Shown here: positions 54,903 to 63,871 of the stretch, piece by piece
Numbering within the stretch: position 1 is the stretch's first letter
How the letters are laid out: each line of letters begins with the position of its first letter
Source of the DNA: an uncultured bacterium
GTDB lineage: Bacteria; SAR324; NAC60-12
Direction: 5' to 3'
Assembly: GCA_965662235.1 (NCBI GenBank)
Contig: CBFIGY010000008.1
Span: forward strand, 36,979 to 100,978
DNA length: 64,000 nt
Notes under the pieces: model-generated
Seen by the model: only the letters and a program-made list of their open reading frames with translations
What the model was told of the DNA's origin: nothing
The model's database searches: none
Position numbers and translations under genes: made by a program

Positions 54903-55730
54903 ATGAGCCCCTGGTGGGAACTTGGAATCTGGCTGAGCCTCAGCCTCTACCTCATCAGCTGGGGGGCGACCTTGAGCCGGAACAGCCCGCACCTGCAGGA
55001 AGTGCTTGGCGCGCGCGGACTGCTGGGCGCCTGGGGGCTGCACACGTTGCTGCTGGGATACGGGCTGGCCATCCTTGCAAGCTGGCCACACACATTGGTT
55101 CCGGACCTGCTGAATCTGACCGCCTGGGGTGCGGTCACCGGGTTGATCCTCTCTGGCGCAACCCGTCGGCAGTCGATGATGCAGGCAATCGTCCGGGTGT
55201 TCGCGGTGCTCCTGCTCGGAGTGTCGGTCGCGGTGTCGCAGTACCACCTACCGGGGTTGGGGATCCTTGAGGAAGAATCCTGGCCGCACCATGCCTTTCT
55301 GATCATTCACATTGTCGGCTTCATTGCGGGGTACGTCCTGTTCGGAGGCGCCTGTGTGGCCAGCATCTTAGTGCTCTATCAGGAACACCTGCTCAAGTCC
55401 AAGATTGCTCTGCTGTTTCAGAAGCGTTTCCCGTCCCTGGGTTCCCTAGAGCGCATGAGCCACCAAGCAACCCGTCTGGGCTTTGCGAGCCTCAGCATTG
55501 GCCTCATCCTCGGAGCCATCCTCGGAGGCAGCGTCCGGTCGGGGGAAGCCTCGGTACGGCTGGTGCTTTCTCTGGTGAGCTGGATGGTGTACGCGCTCTT
55601 GCTCATCAACCTGCAGTTGCACCTAACCAGTCGACGCTGGGTGACCATCTGGCCCATTGTGGGCTTTCTACTGATTCTGGCGTCTTTGGTGCTGGAAATT
55701 CACCATCTCGTCAATCCTCCGCTCCTCTAA
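54903..55730 (+). CDS. CcsA/HemX/YpjD-like membrane protein lacking the Trp-rich WWD motif
   Basis: About 8 TM; IHI, YQE..LK.K...PSL..LE, GF..LSIGLILG, SW.VY; ATG at 54903 with GGAGG RBS. Confidence 0.75.
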   Translation: MSPWWELGIWLSLSLYLISWGATLSRNSPHLQEVLGARGLLGAWGLHTLLLGYGLAILASWPHTLVPDLLNLTAWGAVTGLILSGATRRQSMMQAIVRVFAVLLLGVSVAVSQYHLPGLGILEEESWPHHAFLIIHIVGFIAGYVLFGGACVASILVLYQEHLLKSKIALLFQKRFPSLGSLERMSHQATRLGFASLSIGLILGAILGGSVRSGEASVRLVLSLVSWMVYALLLINLQLHLTSRRWVTIWPIVGFLLILASLVLEIHHLVNPPLL

Positions 55731-55763
55731 AGAGCCTGTGGCTTTTGCAATGGACCCTCTTTC

Positions 55764-56720
55764 ATGAACGTACCCCCCGCCTCTCCTAGCCCAGCGCCTG
55801 CAGCTCCCTTCCTGACCGTTTCCGAGCAGTCAGCGACCGAGGCCGCTCTGATTCGGCACCTGGGGGACGACCTGCCGATTGTCCCGGATTCGGCTCGCCT
55901 GATTTTCTTACGGCAGCATGAGCCCCTGCGGACTGCGACCCTGTTGCGTTCTTATGAGCTTCTGGGCGGAGCCGCTGATTGGCGTTTTGACCTAGCTGCT
56001 GTGCTGGAGTACCTCAGCTGCGCCACCGGCCTGCACCACCGGGTCCGGGAAGCAACATCCTCCCGCCGGAAGCGCCTGGAGCTCGACTTCCGCAGCACCG
56101 AAACCAGCATCCTGCTCGGGGATTACCTGCTGTCGATTTCCTTCCACGCGTTGACGCAACTGGGGGACCTAGACCTGCTGGAGACCATCTCAGAAGCGAC
56201 TCAGCGTATTTCCCGGGGACAAATTCAGGAGCTGTCTCAGGATTGGTTGGAGGCCACGCCACAGGACTGGGAGGATGTGGTCCGGAACAAGTTCGCCTCC
56301 CTGTTTGCGGCGGCGGCTAAGATGGGTGCCATTGCCGCTCAGGCTCCAGAAGCAGAGTGGCCACGCTGGGAAGCCTTTGGCGAGTGGCTGGGGCTGGCCC
56401 TGCGGATTCGACGTGAAGTCCGGCACTGTGAGCAGGCGGAACGACTCCGGAACCGCATTCAACGCCAGGACCTGCTGTTGCCTCTGCTGACGCTCTCTCA
56501 GCACGCCCAACGCGAAACACAGGGGCTGCTCGGAGACATTCAGCAAACCGCCCAACGCGACGATGAGTTGATGGCTCGTCTGCAGGAGCCTGCGATTCGG
56601 AATCCCCTCAAGCAACGAGCCCACGCCTACTGGAAACAGGCCCGAGCCGCGCTTCCGGAAGCCTACCAGCAGGCCCGTCTGTGGACGGACTGGGAGACTC
56701 AATTGATGGAAGGATGGTAA
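55764..56720 (+). CDS. Polyprenyl-diphosphate synthase (IspB-like) homolog lacking both DDxxD motifs
   Basis: AAVLE...AT.LH, SRR, SILLGDYLLS, GQIQEL, KFASLF, FG..LGLA, LPLL retained; FARM = HHRVRE, SARM = RREVRH. Confidence 0.8.
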   Translation: MNVPPASPSPAPAAPFLTVSEQSATEAALIRHLGDDLPIVPDSARLIFLRQHEPLRTATLLRSYELLGGAADWRFDLAAVLEYLSCATGLHHRVREATSSRRKRLELDFRSTETSILLGDYLLSISFHALTQLGDLDLLETISEATQRISRGQIQELSQDWLEATPQDWEDVVRNKFASLFAAAAKMGAIAAQAPEAEWPRWEAFGEWLGLALRIRREVRHCEQAERLRNRIQRQDLLLPLLTLSQHAQRETQGLLGDIQQTAQRDDELMARLQEPAIRNPLKQRAHAYWKQARAALPEAYQQARLWTDWETQLMEGW

Positions 56721-57532
56721 TGAGCACGGAAGCGTTGCAGGTGAGCCGACGGGACCAAGTTGCCTGGGTCACCCTCAATCGTCCTCAAAAGGCCAACGCG
56801 CTCAATGGGGCGCTTTGGTCGGCACTGGGTCAGACCTTCCGGGAGTTGGCGGCAGATGCCAGCGTCCGGGCCTGCGTCTTGACCGGGGCGGGCAAGCACT
56901 TCTGTGCAGGAATCGATTTTTCCCTGCTGGCAGAAATCGGGGCCCTGCGTCAAGAAAGCTGCCCAGGCCGCCAACGGGAGCAGTTGTTCCTCAAGATCCA
57001 GCAACTGCAGCAGGCCTTTACCGAAATTGAGCGCTGCCCCAAACCGGTGCTGGCTGCGGTCCACGGAAGCTGTGTAGGCGCTGGGCTGGACCTCGTTGCC
57101 GCCTGCGACTTTGTCTACGCCACCCCGGACGCACAGTTTCAGATCAAGGAAATCGACCTTGCCATTGCTGCCGACATTGGCTCATTGCAGCGTCTGCTGC
57201 ACCTCATGCCGCAGGGACGGGTCCGAGAGCTGGCCTACAGCGCAGAACCCTTCAGTGGCGTTGAAGCCGAGCGCTGGGGGCTTGTCAATCGTTTGCTGGC
57301 GGATCCGGGTGCGTTGTATGCTGCAGCAGAGGCGCAGGCCCGTAAGCTGGCCGAGAAGTCCCCTCTGGCGATGCACAGCACCAAGGAGGCGCTGGTCTTT
57401 TCACGGGATCACTCGGTTCCGGAGGGGCTGCAGCACATCGCGCTCCGGAACGCTGCCCTGCTGTTTTCCGAGGACCTCGATCGGGCCCTAGAGGCGCTCC
57501 AGCAGCAGCGTCCGCCACAGTTCCGGGACTAG
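56720..57532 (+). CDS. Enoyl-CoA hydratase/isomerase (crotonase; dienoyl-CoA isomerase-like)
   Basis: LNRP.KANAL, FCAGID, KPVLAAVHG, KEIDLAIAADIGSLQRL; TAATG coupling to the upstream gene. Confidence 0.9.
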   Translation: MSTEALQVSRRDQVAWVTLNRPQKANALNGALWSALGQTFRELAADASVRACVLTGAGKHFCAGIDFSLLAEIGALRQESCPGRQREQLFLKIQQLQQAFTEIERCPKPVLAAVHGSCVGAGLDLVAACDFVYATPDAQFQIKEIDLAIAADIGSLQRLLHLMPQGRVRELAYSAEPFSGVEAERWGLVNRLLADPGALYAAAEAQARKLAEKSPLAMHSTKEALVFSRDHSVPEGLQHIALRNAALLFSEDLDRALEALQQQRPPQFRD

Positions 57533-57642
57533 CCGCTGTTGCGATTCAAAACGATACAAAGCGCAACAGCCCTGAGATGCTCTTCTTTTCGGACCTCCCT
57601 AAGCTCATTAGGGTCTCTTTCTGATTCCCCACAGTTCGTTTT

Positions 57643-60600
57643 ATGATCCCCCGACTGTCCTCGGCGCCCGTCGCCCGTAGCACCACCCGTGACTTCTTGG
57701 AAACCCTCCGCCGGTCCGGATTTGCCGGGGAGCTGCAAGACGACTTTGGGACTCGCCTGATCACTGCCACCGACAACAGCATCTATCAAATTCTCCCGCA
57801 GGCCGTCATCTATCCCAAGCACTCAGCAGACATTCAGCTGACCCTGAAGGTAGCGTCAGAGGCGCGCTTTCAGCACCTGTCCATTACGGCGCGTGGCGGA
57901 GGAACCGGGACCAACGGACAGTCCCTCAGCGAAGGCGTGGTGCTCGATTGCTCGCGGCACCTGAATCAGATCCTCGAGATCAACCTTGAAGAAGGCTGGG
58001 TCCGGGTGCAGCCGGGGGTGGTTCTGGATCAGCTCAATGAGCAATTGCTTCCGGACCAGGTTTTCTTTGCCCCCAACCTCTCGCCGAGCAACCGCGCAAC
58101 CCTGGGAGGGATGATCAACACCGATGCCTGTGGCAAGGGGTCACGGGTTTACGGACGGACCAGCGATCATGTGCTTGAGCTTCAGTGCGTGCTTTCAGAC
58201 GGGACCGTGCTGGAATCCTCCCGCTTGGAGGAGCCGCAACTGCAGGAAAAGAAACAGCAACAGGGGCTCCTAGGAAGTATTTACGAGACCGTTGACCAAG
58301 TGGTTACGGAAAAAGCGGACGTGATTGAAACCGTGCTTCCCAAGCTGAGCCGCTTCATGACCGGTTACAACCTGGGCAAGGTTCGGAAAAACGACCACGG
58401 GCGGTTTGATCTGAACTACCTGTTGGCTGGCTCCGAAGGCACCCTAGCAGTGGTGACGGAAGCGAAGCTGAAGCTCACGCCGCTCCCCAAGGCAAAGGAG
58501 CTGCTGGTCATCAAGTACGAATCCTTTGATGATGCGCTGAGTGCCGCCGAAGTTCTGGTGCAATCTGATCCAACAGCCATTGAAACCATTGATGAAAAGA
58601 TCCTCACGCTTGCGCGAGGAGATGAAATCTGGCACCAGGTGGCAGACTTTCTGACCGATGAGCCCGGACGTCCCACCCGAACGGTGAACCTAGTGGAGTT
58701 CTCTGGCGCCACAGCTGAAGCGGTTGCCCAAAAGGTGGACACGCTCTGTCAGGTCATTGACGCTCACCGGACTGAAAATGGGCAGGCAACAGGATTCTTC
58801 CGAACCCATGAGTCGTCTGAAATTGCGGCGCTGTGGAACCTCCGGAAAAAAGGCGTTGGCCTTTTGGGGAACATGAAGGGCGAGCGGCGGCCCATTCCGT
58901 TTTTGGAAGACACCGCAGTGCCTCCGGAGCACCTGGCCGCCTACATTCGCGAATTCCGGGCCCTCCTTGAGCAGTATGGGCTGGAATACGCCATGTTTGG
59001 GCATGTCGATGTGGGCTGCATGCACGTCCGCCCGGCTCTGAACCTGAAGGATCCTCAGGAGCAGAAGTGGATTCGGGAGCTTTCGGATGCTGTGGTGGCG
59101 CTGGTTCGTAAGTACGGAGGAGTCATGTGGGCGGAGCATGGCCGCGGCTTCCGCAGCGAGTACACCGAGGCTTTTTTTGGACCCGAGCTTTACCAAGAAC
59201 TCCGGCGGATCAAGGCTGCCTTTGACCCGCACAACCGCTTCAATCCCGGGAAGATTGTCACTCCGCTGGGAAGCGAGGCCCAGCCGGTTCAGGTCGAGGC
59301 TCCTTTGCGAGGCGAGCAGGACCGCCAGATTCTTCCGGAGTTGCGCAAGGAATTTGAGTCAGCGGTGACGTGCAACGGCAACGGGCTGTGCTTCAACTAT
59401 GCTCCCAGCTCGGTGATGTGCCCTTCCTGGAAAGCGACCCGGGACCGGCGTCACACACCGAAGGGACGGGCCGGTCTGATGCGCGAATGGCTCCGGCAGC
59501 TTTCTCAGTCTCCAGAGGCGTCCAGCCCTGGCGCTGTTCAGGCGTGGGCGACGAAGGCCTGGAACACGGTCCAGAAGTGGCGTGGAGAGGCGGATTTTTC
59601 CCATGAAGTCCATGATGCCATGAACGGCTGTTTGGCGTGCAAGGCGTGCGCGACTCAGTGTCCCATCCACGTGGATGTGCCGGAGTTCCGCTCCAAGTTT
59701 CTGTCGCTTTACTACAGCCGCTACCTGCGTCCGCTGAAGGATTACGTGGTGGGTTCCACCGAGTGGACTGGGGTGTGGATGACGAAAGCCCCGCGCCTGG
59801 CCAACCGCTTTCTGGGGCTGGGGCTCAACCAGTGGGCCCTCCGGAACCTGGTCGGACTGACGGACGTTCCGGAATTCAGCACCGAGCCGCTTCCGGATGC
59901 GCTGGAGCAACTGGGAATTGAGATGCTCCACTCTCCGAACCAGCTCCATGCTTTGAATCCGGACGAGCAGAAACGTTCGGTGGTGTTGGTGCAGGACGCC
60001 TTTACGGCGTTTTATGAAGCGCATGTGGTGGCTGACACCTGCGCCTTGCTTCAGCAACTGGGTTATCGTGTGTGGGCGCTGCCGTTTATTCCGAATGGAA
60101 AACCCCTGCATGTCAAAGGTTTCTTGGAGGCCTTCCGCAAGGTGGCTCGTCGCAATGTGACGTTTCTGGAACCGTATGCAGCCACTGGCGTGCCCCTCTT
60201 TGGGATTGACCCGAGTGTGGTCCTGACGTACCGTGATGAGTATCCCAAGATTTTAGGGCAACGGAACCTAGACTTTGAGGTGTTGCTCCCTCAGGAGCTG
60301 CTGCTGAAGCAGCCGAAACGCCTCCGTGCCCGTGCCCTTGAGACGCAACCGGCTTTTCAGCTGCTGGGACACTGCATGGAAAAAACGGGAGCGCTGGCGT
60401 CTCAGGAACAGTGGAAGCGAGTTTTTGCCCTCATGGGCACCGAGCTGAAGCTGCTCCCAGTAGGATGTTGCGGCATGGCGGGTACCTACGGCCATGAAAC
60501 CGAGCACCTAGAAACGTCCCGCACCATTTATCACCAAAGCTGGCACCTGCAGGTTCCTCCGGATGGTCCCCGTCGACTGGGACTGGTTGCCACCGGTTTT

Positions 60601-60732
60601 TCATGCCGGAGCCAGGTCAAACGTTTTGACGGTTTTCGTCCCAAGCACCCCGCTCAGGCTCTGCTGACAGAGCTACTGCGCCAACCGCTGACGGCAGGTT
60701 CCACCGCGCCTCAGGCCGAGCTGGCGTCTTGA
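57643..60732 (+). CDS. ydiJ: FAD-binding/Fe-S oxidoreductase, YdiJ (D-2-hydroxyglutarate dehydrogenase) family
   Basis: DNSIYQ, RGGGTGTNGQS, GSEGTL, FGHVD.G.HVRP, EHG.G, CNGNG.C, CLACKAC...CP, GCCGMAG, TGFSCRSQ. Confidence 0.88.
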   Translation: MIPRLSSAPVARSTTRDFLETLRRSGFAGELQDDFGTRLITATDNSIYQILPQAVIYPKHSADIQLTLKVASEARFQHLSITARGGGTGTNGQSLSEGVVLDCSRHLNQILEINLEEGWVRVQPGVVLDQLNEQLLPDQVFFAPNLSPSNRATLGGMINTDACGKGSRVYGRTSDHVLELQCVLSDGTVLESSRLEEPQLQEKKQQQGLLGSIYETVDQVVTEKADVIETVLPKLSRFMTGYNLGKVRKNDHGRFDLNYLLAGSEGTLAVVTEAKLKLTPLPKAKELLVIKYESFDDALSAAEVLVQSDPTAIETIDEKILTLARGDEIWHQVADFLTDEPGRPTRTVNLVEFSGATAEAVAQKVDTLCQVIDAHRTENGQATGFFRTHESSEIAALWNLRKKGVGLLGNMKGERRPIPFLEDTAVPPEHLAAYIREFRALLEQYGLEYAMFGHVDVGCMHVRPALNLKDPQEQKWIRELSDAVVALVRKYGGVMWAEHGRGFRSEYTEAFFGPELYQELRRIKAAFDPHNRFNPGKIVTPLGSEAQPVQVEAPLRGEQDRQILPELRKEFESAVTCNGNGLCFNYAPSSVMCPSWKATRDRRHTPKGRAGLMREWLRQLSQSPEASSPGAVQAWATKAWNTVQKWRGEADFSHEVHDAMNGCLACKACATQCPIHVDVPEFRSKFLSLYYSRYLRPLKDYVVGSTEWTGVWMTKAPRLANRFLGLGLNQWALRNLVGLTDVPEFSTEPLPDALEQLGIEMLHSPNQLHALNPDEQKRSVVLVQDAFTAFYEAHVVADTCALLQQLGYRVWALPFIPNGKPLHVKGFLEAFRKVARRNVTFLEPYAATGVPLFGIDPSVVLTYRDEYPKILGQRNLDFEVLLPQELLLKQPKRLRARALETQPAFQLLGHCMEKTGALASQEQWKRVFALMGTELKLLPVGCCGMAGTYGHETEHLETSRTIYHQSWHLQVPPDGPRRLGLVATGFSCRSQVKRFDGFRPKHPAQALLTELLRQPLTAGSTAPQAELAS

Positions 60733-60760
60733 CCCAACCTTTTTGAAGCAAGGAGTTTCA

Positions 60761-61516
60761 ATGAAACGTGCATCCCTTCTCATCCTCGGCCTGACCGGAC
60801 TGGTTGCCGCTTGGATGCCCAGTGCTGTTTGGGCTCAAACCGGAGGCCTCCGGACCCAGATTTCTCTGCCAGGCATGATTCAGCCTTCTGAAACGCTGAG
60901 GGTTCAGCCGACCGGAGGAGGTCGCGTTGTGGCGATTGAGGTCAAGGAAAATGACCGTGTGGAGAAGAGCGACCTGCTGCTGACGATCAAGAACGACTCC
61001 ATCCAAAACAGCGTCAAGGACCTGGAAACGAGCCTCAAAGACGTGGAACGTCGCCTGCGTGATGAAGAGACGCTCTTCAATCAAGGAACCTCGACTCGGT
61101 CGCAGCTGGATGCGATCAAGCTTCAGTACGACCGGAGCCGCATTGCGCTGGAGAACGCAAAGATTGCCCTCGAAGACACCTACCTCAAGTCGACCATCAG
61201 CGGCATCGTGAACCGCCGGAATGTTGAGGTGGGAGAAGTCGTCGGGTCCGGATCCGTTCTGTTTGAGATCATCAACATTGACGAGGTTGAAGTCGTGGTT
61301 GAGGTTGAGGAGGAAGACATCCCCAACCTAAAAATTGGTCAGGAAGTGGTCTTCACCACTCCTAGCGCCCCTGGGGAAACGTTCAGCGGAAGCCTTGACC
61401 GCATCAGCTGGGCCTCCAACCCACAGACCAACCGGTTCCCGGTGTACCTGAAGGCTCCGAATCCAGAGCTGAAGCTCCGGGCGGGCATGAGTGCCAAGGT
61501 TTACCTCATTCAGTAA
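60761..61516 (+). CDS. Efflux RND/MFP periplasmic adaptor subunit (AcrA-like)
   Basis: Signal peptide, split lipoyl domain (GRVVAIEVKENDRV / STISGIV...VGEVV), helical hairpin, LRAGMSA; AAGGAG RBS. Confidence 0.85.
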   Translation: MKRASLLILGLTGLVAAWMPSAVWAQTGGLRTQISLPGMIQPSETLRVQPTGGGRVVAIEVKENDRVEKSDLLLTIKNDSIQNSVKDLETSLKDVERRLRDEETLFNQGTSTRSQLDAIKLQYDRSRIALENAKIALEDTYLKSTISGIVNRRNVEVGEVVGSGSVLFEIINIDEVEVVVEVEEEDIPNLKIGQEVVFTTPSAPGETFSGSLDRISWASNPQTNRFPVYLKAPNPELKLRAGMSAKVYLIQ

Positions 61517-61525
61517 CGCCTTTCT

Positions 61526-61547
61526 GCGGCTCTCTTCGGAGGGTCGC
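61526..61547 (+). terminator. Hairpin with C(UUCG)G tetraloop, probable terminator after the MFP gene
   Basis: gcggctctc-ttcg-gagggtcgc, with a T-run about 11 nt downstream. Confidence 0.55.
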
Positions 61548-61693
61548 CCTGCCTTCCGTTTTTTTCCTCCTTCCACAAACCAGTTTTCAAATCAGGTTCA
61601 GGGCTTTCTCTGAGTGCTGGGGAGTGCTAAGGTAGTGTTTTTCAATGCTACCCAAACACGTGTCGTCATCGCGATCCTCAGAGTTCTCCCCTC

Positions 61694-63871
61694 ATGAAAC
61701 AGTCCTCAGGCTTCACTCGTTTTCTTCAGACCCCCCGCGCCAACCTCTGGCTGTTTTTGCTGGTCCTGTTCGGACTCTTTGCTTGGTCGGCGACCGTCCG
61801 GTTCCAGCAATTTGAAACCTGGAAGCAGAACCCAGGGGCTTACTTTGTGGGGGAACGCCCGATGATGACAACTCTGGATGCCCCTTACTGGCTGCGTTGG
61901 GCCCGGGAGTACAACGAGGGCATTTACGGCGTGGATGAGCTCCGGTACTACCCCGATTACAAAGAAGATTTCAAGGCCCTTCCGGAAGCACTTCAGCTGC
62001 CCGAGACCGATCGTGCCGAAGCAGAGGCTCCTACCCCACCGCTCCTCAGCTGGCTTGTGGCCCAGTTTGCGCCTTTCTTTGGCAACAACTACTACCTGAC
62101 AGGCACCCTCCTCATTCCGATTCTTGCGAGCCTGTTCATCTTACCGCTCGGTTACTACTTCTACCTCATGGGGGTTCCTGCCGGAGGACTCATCGGTGGA
62201 TTTGTAGGGACCTTCTGTGCGGAGTACCTGATGCGCTCCTCCATTGGGAGGATTGACACCGACATGCTCAACCTGTTCTTTCCCGCGCTGGCCGCTGTCT
62301 GGATTCTCCTCAGTGCGCGATCCCGTTCCGTCAAGGCGATTCTGGGCTTTGCGGCTTTGGCTGGAGTGACACTGTGGGCGTTTCAGTGGTGGTATGGCAA
62401 ACCAGGATTCACGCTCGCATTTTTCGGAGTGCTGCTGCTCAGTCAGGCCCTTTACAAAGTTTCCCCTCGCTGGATCCTACTCAGTAGCTTCCTCTTCGTT
62501 TTTCTAGCAGGCCCCAGTACGTTTGTCGCTGGTGCTGGCTCCGTTGAAAGCTTTCTGAGCCGCTACTTCAAGATTGAGGCAGTGGATCCGTACGCGGTAC
62601 AGGACAACACCTCGGGCACTCCAGCGACGTTCCCAAATGTCATGACCACCATTTCAGAGGCTGAGCGCATTCCCCTTGGGGATGTGTTGCCCGGGATCCT
62701 CAACAGTGGAACGTTGGGCTGGATGGGACTGCTGGCGTTTGCGGGGCTGGCGGTGTTTCGCTGGAAGCAAGCCGTCCCTCTGTTGCCTATGCTGCTGCTG
62801 GGGCTGCTCGGCTTCCAAAGCGCCCGGCGTTTCTTAATGTTCCTTGCGCCCTTTATTGGAGTCGGCCTAGGGTTCTTGCTGACCATTGGCATCCAGATCA
62901 TCTGGGAAGGGTTGATGCAGAAGAACACGTCCCCTGAAACTACCAAAAAGGCAAAAAAAGCGGCAAAGGCTGCTGCAGACTCTTCCCCCTCGCCTGCTTG
63001 GTGGCAGCATCCCTTGCTCCGAGATGGCATTCTCTACGGAGGAACCTTGGGCATCTGCTTGGCTTTGATGGGCAACACCGCTATTCGTTTTGTCCCTGGA
63101 CCGTCGATCCCTACGCCCCTTTACGGAACATTTGAGGAGGTCCGGAAGCGAACTCCTGAAAATGCGGTGCTCTATACTTGGTGGGATTTTGGTTATGCCC
63201 TGACGGATGCCACACAGCGCGCCGTTTTTCATGATGGTGGAAGTCAATTTAGCCCGAAAACCTACTTCATTGCCAAAAGCTTCATTGGCCGTAGCCAGGA
63301 GGAAATGCACCGCATCATTCAGTTCCTCGGCAGTGAAGGCAACCGCGGTTTAGTCGATCGCAATACGTCTCCAGAAGCCCTGCTTCAAGCGGTCATGGCC
63401 CCAACGGCTCCGCCGGAAGATCCGGTGTACATCCTCTACACCGCCGACATGATCGGAAAGTACTCTGCACTGTCTTCCATTGGGTCTTGGGATTTGGCCA
63501 AGGGAGGGAATCAGGTAAAGGGATTTCAGCACCTACGCTGTGCCAACATTGAAAACAACATCATCAACTGCGAAAACGCAAAAATTGATCTCAATCAAGG
63601 AACCATTAACGGGCGATTTCCCCTGAAAGAGGTGATTCAGGTCATGAGCGGAGAAATGGTCGGGCGCAAGGATTTTGGGCGTCAAGAAGGCTACTACGTT
63701 CAGATTCTCATGGCCAATCGTCAGCAGTTTTCAGACGTCTATCTGGTGGAAGCAGACGTCTTTGCCTCAAACTTCAATCAGATGTTCCTGCTGGGGCAGT
63801 ACGACACCAATCGTTTTGAAGAGGTCTTCAATCGCTTTCCTTACGCCCGGTTGTTCCGGGTGAAGAATTAG
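61694..63871 (+). CDS. pglB: STT3/PglB oligosaccharyltransferase (N-linked protein glycosylation)
   Basis: TLDAPYW, RSSIGRIDTD (DxD), TISE (TIxE), RF, WWDFG (63179-63193), DGGSQ; many TM helices and a periplasmic C-terminal domain. Confidence 0.9.
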   Translation: MKQSSGFTRFLQTPRANLWLFLLVLFGLFAWSATVRFQQFETWKQNPGAYFVGERPMMTTLDAPYWLRWAREYNEGIYGVDELRYYPDYKEDFKALPEALQLPETDRAEAEAPTPPLLSWLVAQFAPFFGNNYYLTGTLLIPILASLFILPLGYYFYLMGVPAGGLIGGFVGTFCAEYLMRSSIGRIDTDMLNLFFPALAAVWILLSARSRSVKAILGFAALAGVTLWAFQWWYGKPGFTLAFFGVLLLSQALYKVSPRWILLSSFLFVFLAGPSTFVAGAGSVESFLSRYFKIEAVDPYAVQDNTSGTPATFPNVMTTISEAERIPLGDVLPGILNSGTLGWMGLLAFAGLAVFRWKQAVPLLPMLLLGLLGFQSARRFLMFLAPFIGVGLGFLLTIGIQIIWEGLMQKNTSPETTKKAKKAAKAAADSSPSPAWWQHPLLRDGILYGGTLGICLALMGNTAIRFVPGPSIPTPLYGTFEEVRKRTPENAVLYTWWDFGYALTDATQRAVFHDGGSQFSPKTYFIAKSFIGRSQEEMHRIIQFLGSEGNRGLVDRNTSPEALLQAVMAPTAPPEDPVYILYTADMIGKYSALSSIGSWDLAKGGNQVKGFQHLRCANIENNIINCENAKIDLNQGTINGRFPLKEVIQVMSGEMVGRKDFGRQEGYYVQILMANRQQFSDVYLVEADVFASNFNQMFLLGQYDTNRFEEVFNRFPYARLFRVKN

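Noticed and set aside
61612..61630. GAGTGCTAA resembling the right arm of a CIRCE element upstream of pglB
   Set aside because: No TTAGCACTC left arm at 9-nt spacing; only a short direct repeat GAGTGCT
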